DNA from: a virus
Reading direction: 5' to 3' (one strand)
Virus record (IMG/VR): IMGVR_UViG_3300012850_000001
DNA length: 55,962 nucleotides
Shown here: one piece after another, positions 32,988 through 41,543 of the stretch
How positions within the stretch are numbered: the first letter of the stretch is position 1
How the letters are laid out: each line of letters opens with the position of its first letter
Notes under the pieces: model-generated
Told to the model about the DNA's origin: nothing
Databases searched by the model: none
Seen by the model: the letters and a program-made list of their open reading frames with translations, nothing else
Translations under genes and position numbers: made by a program

Positions 32988-34589
32988 GTGAGTCAGCCGC
33001 ACATCCACGACCAGTGGGCCGCCCTGTCGTACATCCCCGACCTCGCCGGCGACCGCACCCGCCCCGACGGCTCCCCGACGTGGCTTGACGACTTCGATGC
33101 CCGCCGCCTGACCGCCTACCAGGTGCTGTCGGCGTACACCGACAACACGCGTCGGTACTGGCTGCCCGCGTCCATGTGGGTTCGACCGGTCCGCGCCCGT
33201 GAGCTCGGCGTCAGCATCGACTCCTCGTCAGCGGAACAGTCCCGTGAGTACGGCGACCCTGCCCTCGTCGTGAACACCGCCCGCGCCCTGCTCCTCGGTG
33301 ACGACCAGACCATCACGTGCGACGACCAGACAGCCCTGGACTTCCTGAACGACTGGGCGACGAAGGAACGCGTCGGGCAGAAGCTCCTCGAGGGCGAAGA
33401 GCACACCATCACCCAGGGAGACGGCGTCCACGTGCTGCACCCGTCCGGCGCGAAGGGGCGCGTCCGGCACCGCGTCTACGACCCTGGGTTCTACTTCCCC
33501 GACACCCGCACCCCCGTCGACGGGTGGGACGACGACGACTTCCCCCCGATCGTGCACCTCGCGTGGGAGTGGATCGACAACGACCACGTCACGTGGATCC
33601 GCCGCACCACCTACCAGATGACCCAGCTCGAGGAGGCGCGCGGCACCCAGTGGGGTGACGCCACGGAGTGGACGTGCATGTACCGGGTCGTCGACTACCC
33701 AGCCGACCAGCTCCGCTCCGGTGCGACCGTGTACTCAGAGGAGATGGGCCGCAACAGCAAGGACGTCGTCGAGTGGACGGACCTGCTCGTCGACTTCATC
33801 CCCGTCGTCCACGTCCCCAACGACCCCTCCACCGAGCGCACATGGGGCCGGTCCCTGCTGCTCCTCGTCGGGCAGATCCTCGACGACCTGCAGAACACCG
33901 ACACCGACCTCGCCGCCGCGTCCCAGTCCGCGTCCCCCGCGTTCATCACCACCGGCGCCCCCGCGGGCGGCCCGACGGGTGTGCCCGGCGAGATGATCGG
34001 CCTGCCCGAGGGTGCCGCGGGTGGATGGGCGGACACGTCGAAGAACCTGACCGCCCTCACCGGGTACATCACGTCCCTCATCGAACGGCTCGCTCAGAAC
34101 ACCCGCCTCTCCCAGGTGCTCCTCGGTGCGATCTCCCCCGACCAGGTCCCGTCCGGGTACGCCCTGCAGCTCGGGTTCGCGCCCGCGCAGTCCCTCGTGC
34201 GGGAGATGCGCGCCGTCCGCGACGAGAAGTACCCGCTGATCCTGCGGTTCGTGCTGCGCCTGTCCCAGGCGTGGGGTTGGTACGCCCCGGGCGAGACCCC
34301 GGACGCGACCGTGACCCTCGGGGCTGCGTTCCCGTCGGACCTGCCCGGCGCCATCGCCGCGGTGAAGGACCTGCTGCCCGTGCACGGCCTATCGACGGAG
34401 ACCGCGGTGAAGATGCTTGCCGCCGCCGGCCTCCCGATCGATGACGCGAAGGCTGAGGTGCAGCGGATCCGGCAGGAGTCCTACGAGGACGCGGTCCGCC
34501 TGTTCGAAGCCACCGGCAACGCGGCTGCTGCAGCCGACATGCTCGGCGTCGACCCGGTCACCGTCGTCGTCCCGCCCGTATCCGCGTGA
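32988..34589 (+). CDS. Portal protein.
   Basis: Size and position after TerL. GGAGG SD before the GTG. Confidence 0.85.
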   Translation: MSQPHIHDQWAALSYIPDLAGDRTRPDGSPTWLDDFDARRLTAYQVLSAYTDNTRRYWLPASMWVRPVRARELGVSIDSSSAEQSREYGDPALVVNTARALLLGDDQTITCDDQTALDFLNDWATKERVGQKLLEGEEHTITQGDGVHVLHPSGAKGRVRHRVYDPGFYFPDTRTPVDGWDDDDFPPIVHLAWEWIDNDHVTWIRRTTYQMTQLEEARGTQWGDATEWTCMYRVVDYPADQLRSGATVYSEEMGRNSKDVVEWTDLLVDFIPVVHVPNDPSTERTWGRSLLLLVGQILDDLQNTDTDLAAASQSASPAFITTGAPAGGPTGVPGEMIGLPEGAAGGWADTSKNLTALTGYITSLIERLAQNTRLSQVLLGAISPDQVPSGYALQLGFAPAQSLVREMRAVRDEKYPLILRFVLRLSQAWGWYAPGETPDATVTLGAAFPSDLPGAIAAVKDLLPVHGLSTETAVKMLAAAGLPIDDAKAEVQRIRQESYEDAVRLFEATGNAAAAADMLGVDPVTVVVPPVSA

Positions 34590-34756
34590 GCACCGTCCAC
34601 GTCCTGCCCGTCACGGACCTCATCGAACACGAGGACACCGGCGACGCCTGCCCATGCGGCCCCAGGACCGAACCGGTGCCCGCCGATGACGGTTCGATCG
34701 GCTGGATCGTCGTGCACCACGCGCTCGACGGCCGCGAGCTCTCCGAGGCCCACTGA
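34586..34756 (+). CDS. Hypothetical small protein (56 aa).
   Basis: GTGA-coupled. GC3-rich. Confidence 0.5.
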   Translation: MSTVHVLPVTDLIEHEDTGDACPCGPRTEPVPADDGSIGWIVVHHALDGRELSEAH

Positions 34757-34758
34757 CG

Positions 34759-35127
34759 ATGGGCGTGTTCGGTCTGCCGGACGAGTTCATGGCCTACCAC
34801 TGGTCGCCCTCGTCGCGCCGAGACAGCATCCTCGCCGGCGGGCTCCGCATCCGGTCCGAGTCCCACTCTGCACCGATCCGGTACCCGTACATCGCCTTGG
34901 CCCTCGACCCCGTCATGGCGTGGGGCATGTCCGGCGACTCGTTCCCCGACGTCGAGGGAACGTGGGACCTGTGGGGTGTGTGGTCCGGGTACGGCCTGAA
35001 CGCCTACGAGGTCATCCCGAGCGACGACGGACAGTCGGCACGCGAGCTGCGCACGTACCGGTCGGTCCCCGCGAGGCACGTGCGGTACATCGCGACCCGT
35101 GACGGTTCTGTCGCACAGAACGTGTGA
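34759..35127 (+). CDS. Hypothetical head-module protein with an ART/Tpt1-like N-terminal motif.
   Basis: AYHWSPSSRRDSILAGGLR resembles the YH-x-(T/S)...IL..GL motif of DarT/Tpt1-type folds. This is a weak inference. Confidence 0.3.
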   Translation: MGVFGLPDEFMAYHWSPSSRRDSILAGGLRIRSESHSAPIRYPYIALALDPVMAWGMSGDSFPDVEGTWDLWGVWSGYGLNAYEVIPSDDGQSARELRTYRSVPARHVRYIATRDGSVAQNV

Positions 35128-35178
35128 CACCCCCAGGCCGATGGTGAGCCCACCACAACCACCGATCAGGGAGAAGTG

Positions 35179-35796
35179 ATGGGCCCCACCCGCAAGCAGT
35201 TCCTCCGACTCCGGTTCATCGACGACCCGGCCAACCCCGACCCCGGCACGACGCCCCCGGCGGGTGGTGGTGCGACGTTCACGCAGGTCCAGCTCGATCA
35301 GATCGTCCAGGGTCGTGTCGCTCAGGCCGAGCGGACTGCCGCTCAGGCTGCTGCCGCCGCGCTCGAGCAGAAGCTCGGCGGGAAGTCCCTCGACGACCTC
35401 ATCGCCCTGTCGACTGCTGCTGCGGCTGCTGACGAGGCGGCGAAGACCGAGGCGCAGCGCGACCGTGAGGCAGCAGCGAAGGAGAAGGCTGACGCCGCTG
35501 CGGACAGGGCAACGGCCACAGCGGAGCTCCACACGTTCCGTGTGCAGCGAGCCCTCATCGCCGCTGGCGTCGACGAGAAGGCCACCGGTGACATCCGCGT
35601 CGACGTCCCCGTCGGTGCGTCCGTCGACGACATCGCGACCGCCGTCGCCGCGATCAAGACCCGCACCCCGGCCCTCTTCACGAAGACCGCCACGACTCCC
35701 CCGCCTGCGGACCCCGGCACCCCGCCGGCCAAGCCCGCATCGACCGGTGGCGGGTTCGCGGCCGGTGCGGAGCGCGCGAAGGCCGAACGCGGCTGA
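35179..35796 (+). CDS. Scaffolding protein.
   Basis: Ala/Glu-rich coiled coil. Position between portal and capsid. AGGGAGAAG SD. Confidence 0.7.
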   Translation: MGPTRKQFLRLRFIDDPANPDPGTTPPAGGGATFTQVQLDQIVQGRVAQAERTAAQAAAAALEQKLGGKSLDDLIALSTAAAAADEAAKTEAQRDREAAAKEKADAAADRATATAELHTFRVQRALIAAGVDEKATGDIRVDVPVGASVDDIATAVAAIKTRTPALFTKTATTPPPADPGTPPAKPASTGGGFAAGAERAKAERG

Positions 35797-35805
35797 CCCT
35801 CTACC

Positions 35806-35952
35806 GCTGGTGCGGGCGTGAACACCGGGAAGACGGCCAACGCATTGGTGACCCCGGTGAAGGACGACTGAGGGGTCCGTGGCGGGTATCGCCGCGCCTG
35901 GCCGTCGCGCCCTTTCTGCCCCTTGTAGCGGCGTACCTGCGCCCGCACCAGC
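35806..35952 (+). ncRNA. Candidate structured non-coding element closed by a 13-bp perfect inverted repeat.
   Basis: GCTGGTGCGGGCG (35806-35818) pairs with CGCCCGCACCAGC (35940-35952). An inner hairpin is CACCGGG (35823-35829) with CCCGGTG (35853-35859), enclosing CCAA/TTGG. No credible ORF is present. Confidence 0.4.
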
Positions 35953-36011
35953 ACCCCAACCCACAAGCCTGAACGCTTGTCCAGATTCGAACAAGGTTCG
36001 AGGTCACAGCC

Positions 36012-36353
36012 ATGAAGGTCTACATCGCCGGACCCATGAGGGGCCTCGTCGATTTCAACTTCCCCGCGTTCCACGACACCGCCGCCGAGCTGCGCGCACG
36101 CGGTCACCTCGTGTTCGACCCGGCGCAGCACGACCGCGACGGCGGATTCGACCCGACCGGCATGTCCGGCCACGAAGACCTCACCGGCATGGGCTTCGAC
36201 CTGCGGGCCGCCCTCCGCGCCGACACGACGTGGATCTGCACTGAGGCCGATGCGATCTGCATGCTGCCCGGCTGGGCTGAGTCCCGCGGCGCGACCGCCG
36301 AGTACCACCTCGCACGCTCCCTCAACCTGCAGATCTGGGGCGCACCCGCATGA
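36012..36353 (+). CDS. DUF4406 / nucleoside 2-deoxyribosyltransferase-like protein.
   Basis: MKVYIAGPMRG...NFPAF...GHLVFDPA...ADAICMLPGWAESRGATAEYHLA. Confidence 0.7.
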   Translation: MKVYIAGPMRGLVDFNFPAFHDTAAELRARGHLVFDPAQHDRDGGFDPTGMSGHEDLTGMGFDLRAALRADTTWICTEADAICMLPGWAESRGATAEYHLARSLNLQIWGAPA

Positions 36354-36889
36354 CCCTCATCGGGATCTCCGGGCGGAAGCGGTCCGGCAAGGACACGTTC
36401 GCTGCCCGCCTCACCGGCGTCCACGGGTACACCCGCGTCGCGTTCGCCGACCCGCTCCGGGCCATGGCTCTGGCCCTCGACCCGCTCGTGCGGACGACCA
36501 GCGGGCACACCGTCCGCCTGGCCGAGCTCGCCGCGTTCGAGGGCTGGGAGCGGGCGAAGAACCACGCCGAGGTCAGGCGCACCCTGCAGCGCCTCGGCAC
36601 CGAAGCCGGACGCGCGGTCCTCGGCGACACGATCTGGATCGACACCGCCATGCAGCATGTCGACCAGGTCAACGGCCCCGTGGTCATCACTGACGTCCGG
36701 TACCCCAACGAGGCAGACGCCATCCGCGCCGCCGGCGGCATCGTCCTACGCATCGACCGACCCGGCCTCACCTCGAGCGACGTCCACCCGTCCGAGACAG
36801 CCATGGACGACTACCCGCACTTCACCGCCCGCATCGTCAACGACCGATCGATCGCTGCCCTGCAGCGGACCGCTGACCGGTTCGTGTGA
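36350..36889 (+). CDS. T4 gp1-like deoxynucleoside monophosphate kinase.
   Basis: ISGRKRSGKDT, RRTLQRLGTE, VITDVRYPNEADAIRAAGGIVLRIDRPG, HPSET and IVNDRSIAAL all parallel T4 gp1. Confidence 0.85.
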   Translation: MTLIGISGRKRSGKDTFAARLTGVHGYTRVAFADPLRAMALALDPLVRTTSGHTVRLAELAAFEGWERAKNHAEVRRTLQRLGTEAGRAVLGDTIWIDTAMQHVDQVNGPVVITDVRYPNEADAIRAAGGIVLRIDRPGLTSSDVHPSETAMDDYPHFTARIVNDRSIAALQRTADRFV

Positions 36890-37002
36890 CACCCCCTCCC
36901 CCACGATGCACGCAACCCGGCAACGGGGCGCTGACCGCAGGCGACGAGTGCGGGCACACCCATGGTGTGGACCCTTTCCGATGCAACCCCAGGGAGTGAA
37001 CC

Positions 37003-37392
37003 GTGAGCATCCTGCCTCCGGCCACGCAGTACACCCAGGAGGACGACCTTCGTTGGGCCGGGTCCGGCCACGGTTTCAACGACGTCCCCTCGATCACCCT
37101 CGACGGTGACGAGTTCACCGACGGCACGAAGTACCCCGACGGGGCCATCCCGTCCGGCACGCCGCTCGGCAAGGTCACCGCGACCGGCAAGTACGGCCCG
37201 TACGACAACGCCGCGAACGACGGCCGCCAGACCCTCGCCGGTCTCCTGCCGTTCGCCCGCAAGCGTGAGTTCGCGGGCCAGTCCATCCCGGCCGGCCTGT
37301 ACGAGCACGGGCCCGTCGTCGAGTCCTACCTGCCCTTCACCGTCGACTCCGCTGGCAAGACGGACGTCGCCGGCCGTATCTGGTTCCGCTGA
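37003..37392 (+). CDS. Head decoration protein (lambda gpD-like).
   Basis: About 130 aa, directly upstream of the E-like capsid gene. GGGAG SD. Confidence 0.6.
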   Translation: MSILPPATQYTQEDDLRWAGSGHGFNDVPSITLDGDEFTDGTKYPDGAIPSGTPLGKVTATGKYGPYDNAANDGRQTLAGLLPFARKREFAGQSIPAGLYEHGPVVESYLPFTVDSAGKTDVAGRIWFR

Positions 37393-37403
37393 GGAGCGCC
37401 CCC

Positions 37404-38453
37404 ATGGCTGACATCCTGTCCCTGCTGAGCCCGGCCCAGCTCACCGGCTACGTCCGCGAGCTGCCCGAGCCCATCATCAACTCGCTCGAGGCGGTCCTGC
37501 CGAACCGGACCATCAACGGGCGCAAGACCGCCCGCGTCAAGGGCACCCGTCGCCCCATCACGGTCAAGTACCGTGCCTGGGACGCCGAGGCCCCGATCGA
37601 GCGTCGCCGCGGCGCCGTCGAGGTGCAGGAGATCGTCCTGCCCCCGCTCGCCGGCAAGCTGCCCCTGAACGAGGACCTGCAGTACAAGCTGCAGGACGCC
37701 CCCGGTGACGTCACGACCGGTCAGATCGTCGACGCGATCTACGACGACGGCGGCAACCTCGCCCAGGGCATCCGGTACCGCGCGGAGGTGGCCCGTGGCC
37801 AGTTCCTGCAGACGGGTGCGGTGACGATCTCCGAGAACGGTCAGGTGTACGAGGCGGACTACGGTCTGGCCGACGACCACCAGGCCGACACCTCGGACAT
37901 CACGCCGTGGAACGCGTCGGGCACGCCGCTGACGGACGAGCTCGCGTGGGTCCAGAAGGTTCAGCGTGACGCCCAGGCGCCGGTGGTTCGTGCGACCACG
38001 ACCCCCGAGGTCCGGGCCGCTCTCCTCAGCAACGAGGAGTATCGGCAGGCGTTCTACGCCGGCGCGAGCGCGGGCACGCTGCCCACCCTGACGCCGGGTC
38101 AGCTGGACCAGGTTCGTCAGTCGTACGGTCTGCCGCCGCTGTTCATCTACGACGGCTACGTGCCGGACGACGAGGACGGCGTGGTCCGTGTCATCGAGGC
38201 TGACAAGTTCATCCTCACCACGGCCACGGTGGGCGAGTCCCAGTGGGGCGAGACGATCGAGGCGATCAACCTCGTCGCGTCGAACGCCCCGGACTGGACC
38301 CGTGAGACGGCCCCCGGCATCACGGTCACGCAGTACACCGAGCCCGACCCGGTGACGGTGTGGACGAAGGCGTCGGCGGTGTTCCTCCCGGTCGCGGGTG
38401 ACATCGCGGGCCTGTTCGTGGCGTCGGTCCTCGAGGGCGTCGTCAACTCCTGA
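37404..38453 (+). CDS. Major capsid protein, lambda gpE-like family.
   Basis: N-terminal LSPAQLTGYVRELPEP...VLPNRTINGRK typical of the capsid E family. Followed by a strong terminator. Confidence 0.85.
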   Translation: MADILSLLSPAQLTGYVRELPEPIINSLEAVLPNRTINGRKTARVKGTRRPITVKYRAWDAEAPIERRRGAVEVQEIVLPPLAGKLPLNEDLQYKLQDAPGDVTTGQIVDAIYDDGGNLAQGIRYRAEVARGQFLQTGAVTISENGQVYEADYGLADDHQADTSDITPWNASGTPLTDELAWVQKVQRDAQAPVVRATTTPEVRAALLSNEEYRQAFYAGASAGTLPTLTPGQLDQVRQSYGLPPLFIYDGYVPDDEDGVVRVIEADKFILTTATVGESQWGETIEAINLVASNAPDWTRETAPGITVTQYTEPDPVTVWTKASAVFLPVAGDIAGLFVASVLEGVVNS

Positions 38454-38465
38454 CCGACCGTTCCT

Positions 38466-38515
38466 GAGGGCCCCGGCCCCCCTGTTCGCAGGGGTCGCCG
38501 GGGCCCTCGTTTTTC
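38466..38515 (+). terminator. Rho-independent terminator after the capsid gene.
   Basis: GAGGGCCCCGGC...GCCGGGGCCCTC with an inner CCCCTG-TTCG-CAGGGG hairpin, then GTTTTT. Confidence 0.85.
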
Positions 38516-38586
38516 CGCTCGACAAGCACCCCCCTGTCCAAGATGAGGGCGCACGGAAGGACCGCGCGGCGCATTGGAGGTGGGCA

Positions 38587-38994
38587 GTGGCACAGGGACA
38601 GGCTGCCCTCGTCGAGTCGCCCGCTGGCGACCTCATCGTCAGCCAGGGCGCCGACAACACGTACTCGTTCCGGTACGGCACCAACGACGGCGCCGTGACG
38701 ACGTGGGTTGACCTGACCGACTGGGACGCCCGTGCACAGTTCCGTGCCCGTCCCGGAGCGGACGTCTGGCTGTCCCTGACGACGGACCCGGCCGCGGTCT
38801 CGCGGATCACGCTCGACGGTCAGGGGTACGTGTCGATCCACGTCCACCACACGACCACTGAGGACGCTGCCTGGAACTCGCCGGCGCGCGCGAAGGGCGT
38901 GTGGGACCTCGAGCTCGTCGCCCCGGACGGTGAAGTCACCCGCCTGGTCATGGGGGTCGTGACGGTCAGCGCGGATGTGACGCGCGATGAGTGA
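38587..38994 (+). CDS. Hypothetical structural protein.
   Basis: GGAGG lies before GTG 38587. In the frame of track ORF 38398..38994. Confidence 0.6.
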   Translation: MAQGQAALVESPAGDLIVSQGADNTYSFRYGTNDGAVTTWVDLTDWDARAQFRARPGADVWLSLTTDPAAVSRITLDGQGYVSIHVHHTTTEDAAWNSPARAKGVWDLELVAPDGEVTRLVMGVVTVSADVTRDE

Positions 38995-40045
38995 GGTCGT
39001 GGAGGTCGTCCAGTACCCGTCCGTCGTTGTCGAGGTGCCGCGCGCGGTCGGTCCCGTCGGACCGCAGGGCCCGCAGGGTGTCCCCGGCGAGACCGGACCT
39101 GCAGGCGCGCAGGGCCCCAAGGGTGACCGTGGCGACAACGGCGCCACCGGGGCGTCCGGTGCCACTGGTGAGGCTGGTCCCCGCGGAGAGACTGGCGCGC
39201 AGGGCGCCCAGGGTCCTGCGGGACCGAAGGGCGACCCGGGCCCCGTCGGCCCGGCTGGTCTGACGTGGCGGGGCACGTGGGCGTCGGGGACGGCGTACGC
39301 CGCTGACGACGCCGTGTCGCATGTGGGCACGAACGGTGTCGTGTCGTCGTACTTCGCTGTCGCTCCGTCCACCGGGCAGGAGCCCGCTGAGGGTGCGTCG
39401 ACGGCGTACTGGGCGATTCTCGCCCAGGAAGGACCGCGCGGTCCCGAAGGCCCAGCAGGTGCCACCGGCGCCCAGGGCCCGACTGGGGCGAAGGGGGATC
39501 CGGGTGCCAAGGGTGACACCGGTGAGACTGGTGCGACCGGTCCTGCCGGCGCCCAGGGGCCGAAGGGTGACACTGGCGCGAAGGGCGACACTGGCGCCAC
39601 CGGTGCACAGGGCCCTGCAGGTTCGACTGGGGCTCAAGGCCCGAAGGGTGACACGGGCGCGACGGGCTCGCAAGGCCCGAAGGGTGACACCGGCAGCACT
39701 GGCGCGACGGGTCCTGCGGGCCCGGGGTTCGCGTCCCACGACACCACGCTCACCGGAGCGACGGGCGACGGGACGATCACGCTCGCGTCGTGGGCTTCGC
39801 TGATCAAGGTGCAGGTGTCGGCCGCGACCAGGTTCCGTCTCTACCGCACGACGGCGCAGCGGACCGCGGACGCGGCGCGCGCGTTCACGACGAAGCCAGT
39901 CGGTGACGTGTGCCTCCTCGACGTGAAGCTCGACGCCGCCGCCACGATGTGGCTGAACCCAGCCCCCGTTGTCGGGAGCACGGGCACGACGTACTACACG
40001 CGCACCGACGGTGCCGCGGACGTGACACTCACCTGGGAAGGGTGA
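38987..40045 (+). CDS. Collagen-like (Gly-X-Y) fibre protein.
   Basis: Two long GXY blocks, including repeated GPKGDTGA units, and a non-collagen C-terminus. Confidence 0.85.
   Translation: MSEVVEVVQYPSVVVEVPRAVGPVGPQGPQGVPGETGPAGAQGPKGDRGDNGATGASGATGEAGPRGETGAQGAQGPAGPKGDPGPVGPAGLTWRGTWASGTAYAADDAVSHVGTNGVVSSYFAVAPSTGQEPAEGASTAYWAILAQEGPRGPEGPAGATGAQGPTGAKGDPGAKGDTGETGATGPAGAQGPKGDTGAKGDTGATGAQGPAGSTGAQGPKGDTGATGSQGPKGDTGSTGATGPAGPGFASHDTTLTGATGDGTITLASWASLIKVQVSAATRFRLYRTTAQRTADAARAFTTKPVGDVCLLDVKLDAAATMWLNPAPVVGSTGTTYYTRTDGAADVTLTWEG
39047..39728 (+). repeat. In-frame Gly-X-Y triplet repeats in two blocks, approximately 39047-39262 and 39431-39728.
   Basis: Translation shows G at every third residue. 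DNA repeats of ggcccgaagggtgacac. Confidence 0.8.
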
Positions 40046-40048
40046 CCA

Positions 40049-40987
40049 ATGGCAACGACGACGTTCAGCGCCGCCCCGACGAACGGCGCATCCGGCACGG
40101 GCACGGAGATTCAGTCGTGGGTCCAGGCGATCCACAATTCGCTCATCGCCATCGGGATGGTGCAGACATCCGACACCGGCCAGGCAGTCATTTCCTCGTT
40201 GACCAACCCGAGTGGCACGGTCATCTCTGCTGGGTACGAGATCTGGCGTTTCAACGACGCCCTGCAATCGACGTACCCCCTGTACTTCAAGCTCGAGTAC
40301 GGGCGTGGCGGGGCGACGTCCAACCCGGTGATGTGGCTGACCGTCGGCAAGGGGACCAACGGGGCTGGCACGATCACCGGGGTCGTGTTCCCTCGCATGC
40401 TCCTTGGCTACAGCGGCACCACCGGTTGGGCTAGCTCGACCGCTGCAACGGGCTACGCATCGTCCGATGGCGGTGCGATGTGTGCGGTGTTCCCCTTCGT
40501 AGGGATGACCTCGGTCGTCTCGCCGCCCTGCTTCCTCATCGAGCGTGCGCGCAATGTAGACGGCACACCTCGAGGGGACGCACTCGCTGTCGCGGCCAGC
40601 GGAGGTGCAGGTAGCACGTACGTGACGGTTGCGTACATGGACTGGGCGACTGGCGTGAACGCGATGAGCGGCGCAGTGGCGCTCGTCCCCTACTCGGTCG
40701 GGGGGACGGTCATGGGTTCCGGGACGAGCCTCGCTTCCGGCGTCATCGGACCGATCATCCCGGCCCTGGCCCTCGTTCCAGGGGTGGTTCCCTGGCAACC
40801 GCTGAGCGTGGTGGCGTTCCCTCCTGGCGACGTTCCCGCGACCCCGGCGACAATCCACGCGCTCGGCTCGGATCGCACGTACCTGCCGCTGCCGGCAACG
40901 GCAATGAAGGGATGGGTCAAGGCAATCAGCCCGTCCTCATCGACGCCCCTCGAGATCAGTGGCGGCATCGCCTTGCTCTGGGAGTGA
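40049..40987 (+). CDS. Fibre/receptor-binding-type minor structural protein.
   Basis: YEIWRFNDALQSTYPLYFKLEYGRGG segment, recalled from actinophage minor tail/fibre proteins. Confidence 0.55.
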   Translation: MATTTFSAAPTNGASGTGTEIQSWVQAIHNSLIAIGMVQTSDTGQAVISSLTNPSGTVISAGYEIWRFNDALQSTYPLYFKLEYGRGGATSNPVMWLTVGKGTNGAGTITGVVFPRMLLGYSGTTGWASSTAATGYASSDGGAMCAVFPFVGMTSVVSPPCFLIERARNVDGTPRGDALAVAASGGAGSTYVTVAYMDWATGVNAMSGAVALVPYSVGGTVMGSGTSLASGVIGPIIPALALVPGVVPWQPLSVVAFPPGDVPATPATIHALGSDRTYLPLPATAMKGWVKAISPSSSTPLEISGGIALLWE

Positions 40988-40990
40988 GCC

Positions 40991-41179
40991 GTGGCAACCA
41001 GCGAATGGCGAATCTGGTCCGGTATCGAGAACGAAACGGACGTCGACGCCGACGTAATCGGCACGACCGTCGGAACAGCCGTGTCCGCGAACTACTCCCC
41101 GGCCCTGTTCTTCTATCTCGACAAGGCCGGCATCAAGGTCGACCCCGTGCCCACCTCGGGTCAGGGGTGGCCCCGGTGA
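40991..41179 (+). CDS. Hypothetical small protein.
   Basis: GTG after GGGAG. Confidence 0.5.
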   Translation: MATSEWRIWSGIENETDVDADVIGTTVGTAVSANYSPALFFYLDKAGIKVDPVPTSGQGWPR

Positions 41180-41210
41180 CCTACACCCCCAACGGGACGA
41201 TGAGCGCATG
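41177..41210 (+). promoter_or_regulatory. Junction motif variant: TGAC-CT-ACACCCCC...ACGATG-AGCGC-ATG.
   Basis: Same 3' half as the other copies. Start codon at +31. Confidence 0.4.
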
Positions 41211-41543
41211 GACCTGACCCAGAGCGACGTCGACCACATCAGGGACTGGGTGGGCGATACCCCGGACGACGCGACCCTGTACCAGTACGGGGAGGACGCG
41301 ACGTACTGGCAGGAGGTCGCCCTGCGTGTCCTGTACCGGCGTCGCGCGAACGCGGCAGCGGGTGGGTCGCAGGCGTCGTCGTTCAGCCTCGAGGGCGTCC
41401 TGTCCGTCGGCCTGGCGAAGACGGACATGTCGACCCTGGACGCGCAGATCGCGGACCTCGAAGCACAGATCGCCGCCCTGAACGGTGCACCAGTCGGCGG
41501 CGTGACAGTGGCGCGGATGCGACGCCCGGACCGGTACCGGTGA
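41208..41543 (+). CDS. Head-to-tail adaptor-like protein.
   Basis: Size and position. C-terminal coiled coil. Confidence 0.45.
   Translation: MDLTQSDVDHIRDWVGDTPDDATLYQYGEDATYWQEVALRVLYRRRANAAAGGSQASSFSLEGVLSVGLAKTDMSTLDAQIADLEAQIAALNGAPVGGVTVARMRRPDRYR

Noticed and set aside
39047-39728. Periodic DNA repeats (ggcccgaagggtgacac...), and the repetitive tract at 9470-9870, as possible CRISPR or tandem-repeat arrays.
   Set aside because: Both are in-frame coding low complexity (Gly-X-Y collagen repeats and a Pro/Thr/Ser linker). There is no repeat-spacer organisation and there are no cas genes.
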